Source: the human T2T-CHM13v2.0 reference genome, Homo sapiens. Taken from it: 64,000 bases of DNA. A program made the translations under genes and the position numbers. The stretch spans positions 44,160,001 to 44,224,000 of the forward strand of contig CP068257.2 in assembly GCA_009914755.4 (NCBI GenBank), written 5' to 3'. This document shows, piece after piece, positions 29,151-43,789 of this stretch. A model generated the notes under the pieces. It was not told the origin of the DNA, did not search any database, and saw nothing but the letters and a program-made list of their open reading frames with translations. Position 1 is the stretch's first letter. Each line of letters opens with the position of its first letter.

Positions 29151-30487
29151 TTAAAAACTGAGACACACACACACACTTTAGCCTAGGCCTGCACAGGGTC
29201 AGAATCGTGCATGCCACTGTCTTCCACCTCCACGCCTTGTCCCGCTGGAAGGTCCTCAGGGGCAGTAACAGGCGTGGAGCTGTCCTCTGCTGTGATCACA
29301 GTGCCTGCTTCTTGACACCTCCTGAGAGACCTGACTGAGGCTGTTCTATGTTAACTTTTTTTTTTTTTAATAAATAGAAGGAGTACACTAGAATAATGGT
29401 AAAAATATAGTATAGTAAATACACAAACCAGTAACACCATCGTTTATTATCATCGTCAGGTATTACTATTGTAAGTAATTGTACGAGTTACGCTCTGATG
29501 TGACTGGCAGGGCAGCAGGTGAGTTTACACCAGTATCACCACAGGCGTGGGGGGAGCCAGCTGCACTCCTTCCTAAGGAGGCCACAGCGTTGCAGGGTGA
29601 TGGGACTTTTCAGCTCCATTCTAATTTTAAGGGACGGCTGTGGTATATGGCACGTCTGTTGTTGCCTGAAATGCCGTTGTGTGGCACGTGACTATATATG
29701 CTACGCTGTTAAGAATTTGGGGTGTTGTGTTTGTTGTTTTTGGTTTTTATTTCTGCAGGCATCTAATTTACCGAAACTTCATGTCATGGCTCGGTCGAAC
29801 TTTGTCAAGGAAAGTCTTCACTATCCCTTCCTCTAGAACTTAACGTTGTCCTCCTCCTAAGGTGTAGCCTTTCATGGGTCTCAAGTGAACACCCTGGATG
29901 CTGAGTGAGGGGCCTCCACTGTGGCTGTGAGCAGTCCCCGCCTCGTGGTACCACATGACATTTAGCGTGTCTGTTCACCTCATACTCCCCAGTAGTTCTG
30001 TCTCTCTCTGCCATTCCTCATGGAGTCCTTGCGTGCACAGCATAGTATTTGGCCAACATCTTCCTGCAGTTTGGGGGCCCCGTCTCCTCTTAGCTCTTGC
30101 CTCTGCTGTCCCCATCTCCCATATTCCAGCTGCTGCCGCAGCCCCCATGCTTGCCTTTTGTCCTCAGCCCCCCAGCGAGGCAGCAGCTTGTGTGTGTGCT
30201 GCACTGCCGTGAGCAGCAACTTGACAGTGGACGCAGCTAGAAAGCAGCCGGCGAGGAGCTCAGCGTGTGTCTCCGCCGGGTGAAAGATCACAGTCCTGCA
30301 CCCTGCTGTGCAATGCTCGAACACACTTGCTTCTTATTTCTGTCCAATTCTTAAGGTTTTTACTGTGGGATCATAAGTCCTTACTCCTTCATGGTTGGAA
30401 TCAAAATCTAAAACCTTGTGGTTTCCATTTTCAGTTGATGATATCCTTATGAACTCAGGATTTATTTCACTTTTGAAAAGTTAATAG

Positions 30488-30933
<446 letters not shown>

Positions 30934-31039
30934 TGGTTCATTGTTATTCACGGATGGTCATAGTTTGCATTGGGGCTCACTGTGTTGAACACAGGTTTTG
31001 ACAAGTGTCCAGTGACACGTGTCCCTGTCATTACTGTGT

Positions 31040-31925
31040 CATACAGAAGAGCTCCACTGCCCCCATGCGCTTCACGTACTCACTCCTCCCGTCCCTGAAG
31101 CCCCTGGCAACCACTCATGTTTTTATTGTCACTATAGTTTTGCCATTTGCAGAATGTTTTGTAAGAAACTGCCACAGTTTTGTAAGAAACTGCCAAACTA
31201 CCTTCCCAAGTGGTTGCATCACTTTGCAAACTAAAAACTCTCTAACCGTGAGATCTATTAGTCATGCTCCTTGGTATTTACTCAAAGGATTTGAAAACTT
31301 CAGCCTACACAACAACCTGCACACAGATGTTTATAGCAGCTTTGTTTATCATTGCCAACACTTGGAAGCAACCAAGACATCCTTTAGTAGGCAAATGAAT
31401 ACACCAGTGGTGCATCCAGACAGTGGAATATGATTCAGCACTACAAAGAAATGAGCTGTCAAACCATGAAGTGATGCGGAGGAACCTTGAATGCGTGTTA
31501 CTTAGTGAAAGAGGCCAGCCTGAAAAGGCTGCATGCTATACGATTCCAACTATATGACATTCTGGAAAAGACAAAACTATAAAAATAGTATAAAGATCAG
31601 TGGTTGCCAAGAGTTGGGTGGAGAGATGGATGTGTAGGTGGATCACAGAGTACTTTTACTACAGGGAAAATACTCCGGGTGATGCTGTAATGGTGGATGC
31701 GTGTCATTACACATTTGCCCAAACCACAGAGTACAGCACCGAGCGTGAGCCCTGCTGTGAACTCTGGACCTGGGGGGTGGTGATGTGCCCACATGGGTTT
31801 GGTTGTGACTCATGTACTGCTCTGGTGGCGGGCTGTGGGGGATGGGCCGTGGGGGATGGGGGTATATAGGAAATCTCTGTGTTTTGTGCTCAGTTTGCTG
31901 CTCTAAAAAATAAAACCTAAACAAA
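31040..31925 (+). mobile_element. 3' fragment of an old L1 (L1M/L1P-type): ORF2 C-terminal coding remnant plus 3'UTR
   Basis: '…gtttatagcagctttgtttatcattgccaacacttggaagcaaccaagacatcc…caaatgaatacaccagtggtgcatccagacagtggaatatgattcagcactacaaagaaatgagctgtcaaaccatgaag…gattccaactatatgacattctggaaaagacaaaactat…gatcagtggttgccaagagttggg…tggtggcgggctgtgggggatgg…ggtatataggaaatctctgtgttttgtgctcagtttgctgctctaaaaaataaaacctaaac' is collinear with the 3' ends of older mammalian L1 families. An 18-bp internal duplication 'ttttgtaagaaactgcca' ×2 lies at 31160-31196. Confidence 0.85.
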
Positions 31926-33972
31926 GCAGTCGGAGTCCCTGAAGACTGTCCTGTGACAGAGCAGGAAGGGCTCCCTTAGCTCTGAGGGAAAGCGCTGGTT
32001 ATGTATTTGCTCTTCTCCCAAGAACACACAGTCTAATTTTGATCCTCTTTACAGACGGGATGAAGGGCATGTTCATCAAGTAAGCGGATGCAGGTGCAGA
32101 GACCACACCTGGCACGACACTGCCGTTGGGCACCCCAAGGCCGAGGCCGGCAGCCACTGTTGTCCCCAGAGTCCATCTGGTTTCTAGAGTGGAAAATGGA
32201 AAGGGGTCAAACCGCCCACGCAGCCCTGAAGTCCTTGATGGTAGTGTAGATTCTACAGTCTTCCCCAGGTGCTATCTTGGCTGAGGTGGGGAAGGCTCCT
32301 GGGGACTGTACTTGGCCTTTTCTGCCTTAATATCCTGCTCAAGGCCGGGGCCAGAGGGCTTGTCTGGCAGCTGCTGGGCGCCTCTGTCCAGTGCTGTACC
32401 AGAACGTCTAGCAGATGGGTGTGCGGGCACAGGGCCTCTGCCAGATGGACTCGGGCCAAGCTCCGTCTGTCATGTTAATTGTGGGTCCATGATGGTGTCT
32501 GAGTCCCCTGGAGTGGGCAGGAGCTCAGGCCCCAGACCCAGCCATTGTCTGAAGGTCCAGGGCCTGGCCACTCACTCTGCCCATCATGCTGTCACTCCAG
32601 GCAGTTACTCAGGCCCGCTGGGGAAGGTGGGGTGAATGTTTGCTCTACACCGCAGGACTGTTGCGGGTCTTCCCTGGAGACTGGGTCTCCGTTTCAGCCA
32701 CTGGCTCTGACCCATGGACCAGCTCAGACCTCATCTCCTCTGAAGGGAGTGGCGCTGGCCTTTTCCTGGCTCTCGGCTATGTGTGGGATGATGCTGGCCT
32801 TCTCCCGGCTGTCAGGTGTTTTTGGTGTGTCCATGTCAAGTGTATCCGCCCTGGGAACACCCAGTCCGGCTGCCATGGCAGTGGGCACCACGGGCCAGCA
32901 CACCTTTGCTGCCTGTGAGGTCGTTGCGCCTACCTGGCCCCATGGGCCCCATTTTATCTCGTCGCTTTGCTGTCTGGGAACTTTGTCACCCACGGATAGG
33001 AGTGCCAGGCCCAGGAGGATGTCACGCAGTGTTGGCACTTCAGCTTGGCTGCTGTTCTCCCGCAATCCTTGTGAGGGCCTGTGATGACCCAGGTCAGGAT
33101 AGGACAGGTGGCTTGGGTTCTGCGGGCCACACGGTCTGCAGTGTGCGTGGCCTTGACCTGGTGCTGGAAGGCAGCTGCAGACCACGAGTCAAGGAGGGGG
33201 TGAGACTGTGCTCCGGGGAAACGTGGATTGTGGATATGGGCAGCCAGCGGGGCCTGCAGACCCCTGGGTTAGAGCCAAGCCCCAGAGGCACCTTGGTTTC
33301 TGAGAAGCCAGAGGAGGGAGTTCCTGGGACCTGGGGGATGACCATGGACCTCTGCTGCCACCTCGTGGCAGGGCTGACGTATCTGAGCCACGTCCTTTTC
33401 TCCCGGTTTAGAAATATCCTGGTGGGAGGCGCTTTTTCATCCTTGCAGCAGACAGGCAGCTCTGTTGGCCACACGATCTGGGCTGTGTGCCCCGCCTTCA
33501 GCAGAGGCCCTCAGGACCCTGCGGGATACAGCCTCGAGAGGACAGAGCCTCAGACTCTGAAGGCCACAGCAGTGATAGCACACCTGTGTCTGAGGAGTGC
33601 GTTCTGAGAGGAGACCCGGCCCCTCGTCCTTGTCCATCCATGTGGCTTCTGCAAAGCACCCTTGTCTTGCAGAGCCAGCGAGCCTGGCGTTGTGACCTGG
33701 GCTAACTTGGTACCTTTTCTCTTTTTAGAGGCAGAATCCTTTCTTGAGAACAGCATCTTTCAACTCTTGACCTGCTCCCCCTTCCCGGTTCCCACTTTTT
33801 GCCTGGCAGGCTGGGAGGGACCCCCTCTCCTGTGCAGCCTCTCCCTAATCCTGGATTCCGCAGGGGCTCCAAGACCCTCAGGGTCGCCAGTGACTCCTGG
33901 GTCACACTGGCCCAGCACACACTGAGCTCCAGCCTGATGTCCAGCCCAGGAGGTCCTCAACTGAGGTCCAGT

Positions 33973-34210
33973 ACCCCCCTGCACCACGCTGTGGGCCCCG
34001 CACCCTCCCCCAACTCTTTTCTACAACACTCTTCCCCCTGCACCGTGCTGTGGGCCCCGCACCTTCCCCCAACTCTTTTCTAGAACACTCTTCCCCCTGC
34101 ACCACGCTGTGGGCCCTGTGCCTTCCCCTAACTCATTTCTAGAATACTCTTCCCTGCCTGCACCCTGCTGTGGGCCCCGCCCCCTCCCCTAACTCATTTC
34201 TAGAACTCTC
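33973..34210. repeat. Minisatellite, ~60-bp unit ×4
   Basis: 'c(a/c)ctcttcc(ccc/ctgcc)tgcacc(a/g/c)(c/t)gctgtgggcccc(g/t)(c/t)(a/g)cc(c/t)tccccc(a/t)aactc(t/a)tttctagaa' occurs four times in tandem. Confidence 0.85.
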
Positions 34211-35107
34211 TTCCTCACCTGTCTCCCTGGTTCTTGTTCTGGCTTCTCCACGGGACCCTCCTGTCCTCCCGTGTGATGCTGACTGCTCGTGACATGTTGC
34301 AGCCTGTCTCTGCTCCCTTCCCTGCTCTTGTCACTTCTTGCTGGTGCTCTGTGGCTGTCATGCAGACTGGGGTTGGGGTTCTGTTCCCTCTACTGTACTG
34401 GAGCTCCAGGTCATGGGAGGCAGCAGAGCCCAGCCCTGGCCCTTCGAGCTTCCGTCCTGCAAGCACCGGCAGTGTCAGGGAGGCACCGCCCAGGGGAGGC
34501 TCCTCCTTAGGGTGCATTGTCACTCGGCGTTTCCGACACCTGCTCTCATCATTTTCCTACCTTCTCTTTCCTGACAACTTAGATATTTATCAGACCCCAA
34601 AATCATGAGCCTTGAGAAATGATATTCCACATGCTCATCCTCTGGAGGACACCTGGAACTGAGCTTGCTTCCCTGCTCACCCTGGGAAGTGGTTTCACAA
34701 TGTCCCTCAACGTGTGACTATCACCCATAGCCTCCGGTATCTCTCTGTGTTCAGTGTGAGGCCATTTGCTCGTTTGACCCTTTTGAAGGTCAGGAGAAGC
34801 TGGCAGGACTCCTGCAGGCACAGGCACCGGCACCGTCATCCTGGGAGCCATCGGGGTCCTCAGCCCCCACTGCAGCCTGAGCCTTTCCTCTGGCCACACT
34901 GTCCATTTCTTTAGCTCCTCTTTTGCCTTTTCTGGGGCCTTCTCCGGTGTTCTGCGTTCTTTTAAATGTTTCATGGTTAAAACTGGACACATCCCCCAAG
35001 AAGCTATAAATCAACCATAGCAAGAACTGATCTCTTTCCAGGTGACTATAAAAATGATTTTTTAAAAATGGTTCTTTAAAAATTGTCAGTTAAGCAGATA
35101 ACAGACC

Positions 35108-35345
35108 CAAGACAGGGCCAGGAGAGTGAGGGGCGGATATGGCATGGGACAGGGTTAGGAGAGCAAGGGGTGGACCTGGCATGGGACAGGATTAGGAGAG
35201 CAAGGGGCGGACCCAGCACAGGATAGGGCCAGGAGAGCAAGGGGCGGACCCGGCATGGGACAGGGTTAGGAGAGTGAGGGGCGGACCCAGCAGGGGACAG
35301 GGTTAGGAGAGTGAGGGACAGGGTTAGGTGCACGAGGGGCAGACC
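35108..35345. repeat. Minisatellite, ~37-bp unit ×~6.5; each unit contains a GGGGCGG (GC-box-like) core and a CpG
   Basis: 'gacagggttaggagag(t/c)(g/a)aggggcggac(c/a)(c/t)(a/g)gca(t/c)(g/a)g' is repeated. The copies read …gaggggcggatatggcatgg / …aaggggtggacctggcatgg / …aaggggcggacccagcacag / …aaggggcggacccggcatgg / …gaggggcggacccagcagggg / …cgaggggcagacctggcacag. Confidence 0.9.
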
Positions 35346-36334
35346 TGGCACAGGACACACCCATCTTGGTTGTGAGTTTCTGACTCTTCTTGGTTTTGGT
35401 GACCTTGACTGTCCTGAGCAGGACTAATCAGGCATTTTTCAGGCTATCCCTCTGCTGGGATCTGTCTGATGCTTTTCTCATGGGTACAGGAAGGGGCTAT
35501 GAGTTTGAGGAGGAAGCCCCCAGAGGTGAAGTACCACTGTCACCCCATGGTATCGGGCACACCCTGTCACTGTGACTCACATGTGAGGCTGACCTGGGCC
35601 CTAGCGGGGGGTAAGGTCTTCCCCCTCCATGCTGTCCTCTTATAGGACATCGGTCTGTGCAACCTAAGGGTGAGATAAGATTGTAGTTTTATTCAACTCT
35701 TACTTTTAAAATTTTACAAGGACTCACATTGGCGTAGTGGGTGAGATTAGAATTAGACTTTTTAACTTTCTGGCCTAAAACTGATTGTACTGGCACCTTT
35801 TGTGAAATGACCTCTGCAGTCCCCATGACCCCTCAGGTCAGTCACCTCTGTTCCCTGCATGTCGTCCTCCCCAGCGCCCGCTGGCATGGCTGCTCTGCTG
35901 TGCCAGGAACACAGGGTTTCAGAGTTTCAGAAAACGTCGGCCTTAATTCCTTCAGGGGACCTTCCACACTGTGCAGCTCCAGGAGAAGTCCTGCTGGGGA
36001 TTCGGTTGAGGTGGTGTCTGGTCTCTTCATGAGTGGAAAGTGCAGCCGTTTAACCCCCTTGACCTCCCACCCCAGGCGTGGACTTTCCGCTGTGCAGATT
36101 CCCTTTCATGTCCCGCAGAACCACGCGTGTCCGTTCTTCTGAGAGTTTTTTCCTGGTCCTCACACAGTGTGTGGGCTTGGCATGGGCTGCGATCTTTGGC
36201 TCTGTGATTCACTGACTCACCCAAAGGGGTGGCCGACGGGTTCCTGCAGGGCAGCTGTGGCAATTCAGGGCCCATGGGCCTGGGTTCAGGGATGCTCCTC
36301 AAAGAGTGTGGCAAAGGACCCCAGGCAAAGTAGG

Positions 36335-36656
<322 letters not shown>

Positions 36657-38604
36657 TGTTTGTTTCTTTTAAATAAATGCTTCTCAATTTATAATGTGTC
36701 TTTAGTTGATTTCCAGCATCCTAAAGTGGCTATTTTTGATGGTTTCATCCCATTTGTCATTGTCTTGGGCAGGGGATGTGCTGAGCCCCTCACTCTGCCT
36801 CCTGGGAGTCCTGCCTCCTGCATCATTTCTCTCGGACACTCAGGACAAGTCTAAGGATCACATCACTGCCCTCAGGTGCAAGTCCCTTTCCAGAGCACAT
36901 GTGCTTTTAGAACACTCCGAGTTTTGCTGTGTTTTAGATCTCATTCCCTTCTTTTTCTACATTTGTTCCATTGTCTAACTAAGAGACTCAGGGCATCAGG
37001 CAAGTCATGTCAGAAAGGTTGGCTTTAGAAGCCACATCCCAGAATTCCTAAACTTAATCATGGAAGGAGGGGGCAGACTGACAACGCATTCCCTATGTCC
37101 TCTAAAGAGATTTCTCCCGTTGGGATTGCTTTATCCCCAGAGGTGTGCTGTAGAACCAGCCTGTGTTCACAGTAAATCTCTGCTTCCGCAACAGCGGTGA
37201 GCTCTCAGCCCTCCCTGCCCTGGTCTTGTCTCTAGGGCCTGTGGGTCTTTGTGGACTGATGGTGTGGGTGGGTTTCTGAGGGTCTGCATGGACTCATGGT
37301 GTGGATGGGTTTCTGAGGGTGTTGGTAGCAGTAACGGTTCCACATGATGAAACCCAGATGGCTGCTCCCCACTGTGCATCCACCCGGATTCACCCGCTGC
37401 TTTGCTGGCTGATGTCTACAAGGACATAGATGGCCTGCATCTGGCGGGGGCTGCAGGAAAGCTGGCAGGACATGGGGCCATTAGAAGAGGTGTGAGACTG
37501 TCATCAGCAGTAAAAAGTGGAACAGCCCAGGGAGCCCTCTTGTGAGTTTATGGCTTAAAGTCCAAGTACAACTTCGTTTGAAAGAAATGCCTTCCTCCTG
37601 AGAAAACATTGACAAGCCTGCAAGCCCTGCACCCTGCAGGTGGGCAGCTGCAGAGAAGGGGCACCCTGGTACCTGGCAGGGGGCCTCAGCCCTGGCCTGC
37701 ATACAGCAGGTGTCCCTGCATTGGCTCTGAGCTTGTGCCACACAGGAGGTAGCTGTGATGCCAAGCCCTTGCTCTGAGGTTCTAATTGCTGTGGTCTTGG
37801 TGGTTCAGGGATGTTTGCGAGCTCCTGAGTGACTCCGAAGTAAAAGCAAGGCTAGGTCACCACAGAATCTAGATGACATTCTCAGCGCCTTCCTGGGAGT
37901 AAGTGGCTGCCTCGGCCACTGCTGCCTGTCTGCATGGCTGCTCTGTGGAGCCTGGCCCTCCTCCCTGATCGTCATCTCTTAGGAAATGAGGCAAGGGAGA
38001 GTGTCCCCGCCGCCGTGGAGAGCCCAGGACCTGAGCGCTCAGCTGGCCCTCCTGTGTGACCCGTGTCCTGCCTGCCGCCCAGCACCCTTCTGTCTTGTCC
38101 CTCAACCCATGGCTGGTGATTTTGGGAGGGGTCTGCCACTCCTGGCGGCTCAACAGGCTCCTCCCTCCCAGTTGGCAGATCAGTGTCACCGTGGATGAGT
38201 TTCCTTCAGATTGTTTTTCTGTATTAGACGGAGGAAACCCTTTCTTATTTTTCAGGGCTCATATAGATCATTATTTCTTTTTGCATCTCAGTAGGAATTC
38301 TGCAATTCAGTAGGGAAATGCTGGAAACTGGGAGGAGGGAAGACTCCTCACTTTGTCTGGGGAGGGGAAGTTCTCTCAGGCAGGGCATCGAGGTTGCCCC
38401 AGCAGAGGTGGGGTTGGTGGTGGGACGTGGGGGCGCATGTGGAATCTTTCACAGGGAGGGATTCAGTGCATACAGTGACATGGAAATAAATCCAAATGAC
38501 TTTTTCCTTATTTTAACTATTAGTATTAAAATACATTTACTTCCAAGTTACTACCTATGAAAGAAAAAAATATATAACTAAAGAGGAAAGAAAAAAGCAG
38601 TGAG

Positions 38605-38893
<289 letters not shown>

Positions 38894-41800
38894 TTAAATA
38901 AAGCAGTGAGAATGAGACAAGTCCAGGTGTCATGTTACCTCAATGCATTTGAACGGTTCAACTTTCCTGTTAAAAGACAGGCACAAGAGCTGCTCTGATC
39001 CACATAACGCAGGTGAATGTGAGGATAACTACACTCAGTGAAAGAAGCTTGACATGAATGAGTCTAAACTCTGATTTCACGCATGCAAAATTCTAGGTGT
39101 GTGAAGTACTCTGTGGTGACGTGAAGCAGATGCGTGGCCTTCAGCTTTTAGGAGGATGGAGTCAGGGTGCCTTCCCTGTCCTCCCCACCAGGCATGACAA
39201 AGGTGCTGGGTATTTTATATAAAACATGCATAAAAGATTCTGAAAGGTGGGAAGAAGAAGGCCAGCCAGCCACATACCTCAGGACCCATGGGACGACATG
39301 GTGGTGAGTTCCCTGGGTCATTTGTTCCAGATGGGGCACTGGACAAGTCAGAAAACTGGAAACGCCAGTGGGTACAGGCAAAAAGCAAACAAGAAAATAA
39401 AATTCTAACAAACTCTGTTCTCTCTAACCAGAGGAGGAGGAAAGGGGCAGCCTAGCCGGACAGAACAAAACGTGCTCTGCCTTGGCCAGACCTCCCCAAA
39501 ACTGTGGCCACAGCCTCCCCCGAGTCAGGAAAGGCCAAGTGGAGAGTTGAGGCTTCTGCTTGTACCCACCCGTGTCAAGGTGCTCCAGTCCACACCATGG
39601 GGGCATCAAGGAGGCTGACAGGGACACGTACTCCCAGCTGAGCCAGGGAGCATCAGGGAGGCTGATGGGGACATGTACTCCCAGCTGAGCCAGGCTCTCA
39701 AGAGCGCTCCCCACTCCCGCGTCCCTGGGGACCACACGGGGACTGGAGCTCCCTACCTGCTCAGGATCTCCTTCCCATTTGGGCATCAGCTGAGGGACAA
39801 GGAGCCCTTCCCATCTGGGCATCAGCTGAGGCCAGGGGCGGAACCTAGATGCCTCTTCTAACCTGGCGGCAATGAGGCAGCACACCTCTGCCCCCGCTGC
39901 GATGGTGTCGGAGGAGGCCGGTGAAAATGAGATAAAAGAAGATCTGGACATGATCATCACGTCACATCACATGGCCAGGTTTCAACTGCAGGTCCTCACA
40001 CACGCCAAGAACCAGGAAGACTCCAGTTCAGCTGACAAAAGGCAATCGACAGACACCAACACCAACACCCAGATGACATGGGCACCGAAGTTACCCAACA
40101 GGGCTTTTAAAAAAGACATCATAAAGATGCTTCAGTGAGCCGTCACCAGCTCTACACAGTGAGGAAGTGGAAAGTCTCAGCCAAGCGAAGACGGAGGGCC
40201 AACCAAGTCGAGGTTTCAGAACTGAAAGTACAGCCACCAGAATTTAGAAATTCACATTGTACACTGTGATGTATGCAGTTTTATGTACATCAGTTACATC
40301 TCAGCCAAGCTGTTAATAAGCAGAACTCAGGGTCCCAGGGAAGTCCAAGGACTCACTCTTCATGAGACCTCAATTAAAAGACCCAGAAAGTTTAAAATGA
40401 AAGAGATGGAGGAGTTGCCAGATTCATACCAACAGGAGAAAGAAAATTTGGAACTAACCTGGCCAGGAAAGTGGGCTGAGACTTTGTGCTGCTGGTGCTG
40501 CTGTCTGGGAAGGAGGCAGAGCAGCTCTGAGGGGCTTGGGGAGGCTGTAGTAATGAAAGGTCCTCAGATGCCAGTGGCTGATACATAGACAAGTTTATTT
40601 CCTGTTCACCTGTGTCAGCTGTGGCTCTTGTCTTCAACCCCTTCCCAAGCAACTAGTGCAGTCCCCATCTGGAGTGTCGCTGGTGTTGGAGCAGAGCAGT
40701 GAGAGCACAGACAACCACCCGCAGGACGGGAGTTATTCTTCCCACAAGAGACGCCAACTGGCCAAGACTTCAGGGGGTGGGAAGTGTAGGCCTCTCCCAG
40801 GGACAGGCAGTGAATATGCATGAGCAGTAATTCAGTCACCATCATTTGCCCTTCTGGTCACAAATATTTGCTTCCCAGCTTTCCCCATGCAAAATAAACC
40901 CTACCCAAGGAAGATGGCCCCAAAGTCTGGTCCCTTCATGGCACCAGGCTTAATGCCCAGACTCTTAATACGGTGAGTTACTCTCGCTCTGGATCTGCCC
41001 CCTCGTGCTCTGGAAACCTGAGCCGAGAAGCTGCCCACTGCCCTCCCACCCCAGTATACATGGGTGGGATCAGTTCGCAACAACTTGAACCAGCCGCACT
41101 TTCCAGTGGAGCTGAAATGGGAAATGCTGGGCACTCCTGCAGCCCAGCCCTGCTGAAAGTCTGCTGGGCACATGCAGGAGCCTCCCCGCAGGCTGGGAGT
41201 CCCTCCCGTCCTCCATCCCTGTCATTCCTGTATCCTCTGGAGCAGGTGCCGGCATTTCCATGAAAGGCGGATGGTAAATACTCAGGCTGGGTGGGCTCTG
41301 TGCTGTGTGTCCGTTGTGTGCAACTCAAAGGTGCCTGCTCGGCTTTCCTCCTTGGCCACAGGGAAGTGGGCCTGGGAGAGTGTGTGTCCCTGGAGGCAGA
41401 GTGGCCTCTCCGCCCCGCAGCCCGTCGCACGCTTGACTTCTGGTCCCTCAGGAGGCAGCCTGCTCTGAGTACCCACGGTCATGCCCAGGCTCCTTTGGGG
41501 GCTGGATGGAGGAGCTCCACCTCTGTCCCCGTGCCCCCTAGCAGCTCTGCCCAACTGGAAGCCTTGTGCCAGCGGTGTGGACAGAAGGTGTTGTGTCTGA
41601 CTTGTGTCTTCCCACATTTCACAGGTCGAACTTACCAGGTGAAGCTGGATTACTTCCCGGCCTCCTTATAATGGAAAGAGCCAGTGTAGGAGCTGGGACA
41701 GGGATGGAAGGGCCATTGGCCGAGTTTGAGATGGCATTTCACAACTCCAGGGTGCCACGGTTTCACAACTCCAGAGCAGGGGTATAAGCCTGTCCTCTGC

Positions 41801-43789
41801 TGCTCTGGGCCAGGGCTCTGGATGGGCCCCACGTGGTGGGGGCCTTCAGATTCTCTGAGATTCAAAGCTCTTTGGAGAGAGGACACTTTGCTGGGGAGAA
41901 GGTGCGTGGTCCATTTCTCCAGGAGTCCGTGGCTTCTGCAATTGTGAGCTGCTGTCCTCATCGAACACCCTCAGCACACTGGCATAGCTCCCTGCACAGG
42001 GAGCCCGGGACCAGGCAGAGGGTGCTGGGCAGAACCCCTTCCCGCTGGGCCTCTCTTTGGCATTCCTCCTCTCTCTCCTCGGCATTCCTTCTCTGGGCCT
42101 GGCTTTAGAGTGTCCCAGTGTCTCTTGCAGTGTTTTCTGAACATTTTGTGGCCTAGCGGTACCGGGACGGTTCTTTTAGACACTCGTAAGAAGCCAAGCC
42201 ACAGGAAGCTACTTTCCTTGTGCAAATCCTGGGTTACTGGGTTTCCTCACCCCAGACCCCACCTGAAGAGCAAAGTTCTGAAGGACAAGTGGCTGTTAAT
42301 GCCGTGCAGCTGGCTACACCCGGTGCGAAGGGAATCCCCGCTGTTCCTCCACAGGCTGCCCAGGCACCCTGCAGGGCCCTCCCCACCTGCCCCCCAGGCT
42401 CATACATTTGTCCCACTTGAAGCGGGGAGGCCTGGTTCCCCTGACATTCTGCTGCCAGGAAGATGCAGCTCTAGGGCAGTGCAGGCATGTTCTTCAAGTG
42501 GGCCCTCATCCTGGCAATCTCACCATGCCATGGCAACTGCCAGTAACCTCAGCTTTCACCCACCAGCCTGAGACCAGCTTCTGCTGCCCTGCTGCGATCG
42601 CTGTGGTCTCCACCTTAGTTTGGGGCCTGCCTGCTCAGCAGGGTAGTGGCCTCCCTGGGCCTCCAAGAGCCATGTTTCCCTAGGCAAGTAGGAGGCTGTG
42701 GCCCCAAGGGGATGGAGGAAGCCTTCCCCTGACCCTTTTGGGGGCATGCAGTACATGTGGGCCCTGCAACCCTAGACCAGTCTCCAGGCAGGGCAAATGG
42801 CCCCTCTGTGCCCCATAGCCTCGTCCTAACATACGTGCAAATGTGCACTGTGGAGACCACTCCTGCCCCTACCCTGGGAGCCTGAGCCCCACCAACGGCA
42901 CTGGCTCTGCAGGGAGCCCCTCTTTCCTGCACAGTGCAGGCATCTCCTCTTAGGCCGCTCCTCTGAGCCCCTCCATGGGAGGATCGTGAACACATAGCCT
43001 TTCAGAGGCCTCTATAATGCGCCGAGCAGTTGTGTCACTGAACGTGAAGAGGAGACCTGCCAGACTATGGACAGCAGGCTCGCTGGGAGAGCAGGGTGGA
43101 GTGAGGCCACTGACGCGGGAGCCCTGCTGTGGGGGGTGTGTGCGCATGCTCAGCACAGCCTAGGGCAGGGCTTCTAGTGCAGGCAGCGCAGCACCTGGCT
43201 CTGGAGGCCAGTGAAGGGAGGGAAGAAAGCCTGGACCAGGAGGACACCAAGGACTGCCCCTGGGACAGCAGCCGCCCCTTTCCACCCCTTCCCCACTGCC
43301 TGGGTTGGTGAAATGGTAGAAGCTCTTCTCTAATTAAATGCTCATCCTTACGTAAATCATAGCTTTAATAAATTAATCAATGGTTTGGGAATTGGGTATA
43401 CGAACATTTATAAGCCAGTATTATGATGCCGAAAATGTTTCATGATGAGGCCTTCCCAGAAAGGCGGGGAATCGAGAGTGACGTAGTCACCCTCCACCTT
43501 TGTCCCTGCTGTCTATGAAGAAGGAGTGCTGTGCCCTCTGCCCTCCTCTCCCGGGCTCTTGGCAGCTTCCCGGCCGGCAGCAGTCCCCACGCTGCCCAGG
43601 CGGAGCAGCCCCTCTGCCCCCCACTCTGGAGCTGAAGCCAGTTTTCTCAACGAGTGTCTCTGGAGTCTGTCCTGCCCTCCTGCTGGCTTGTTCTTCTCTC
43701 CTGGCCTCAAGGAAAGGCCTCCTGACTTGCCTCCCTGCAGCTGGCTCTGCTCCGAGGGCCCTGATCACAGGCTCACTGAGGTGTCTGTC

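Noticed and set aside
32816-33607. 263-aa ORF on the plus strand with overlapping ORFs on both strands
   Set aside because: It is the same GC-rich open-frame artefact. The composition is low-complexity, with no motif I recognise and no splice-site context that would make it an exon.
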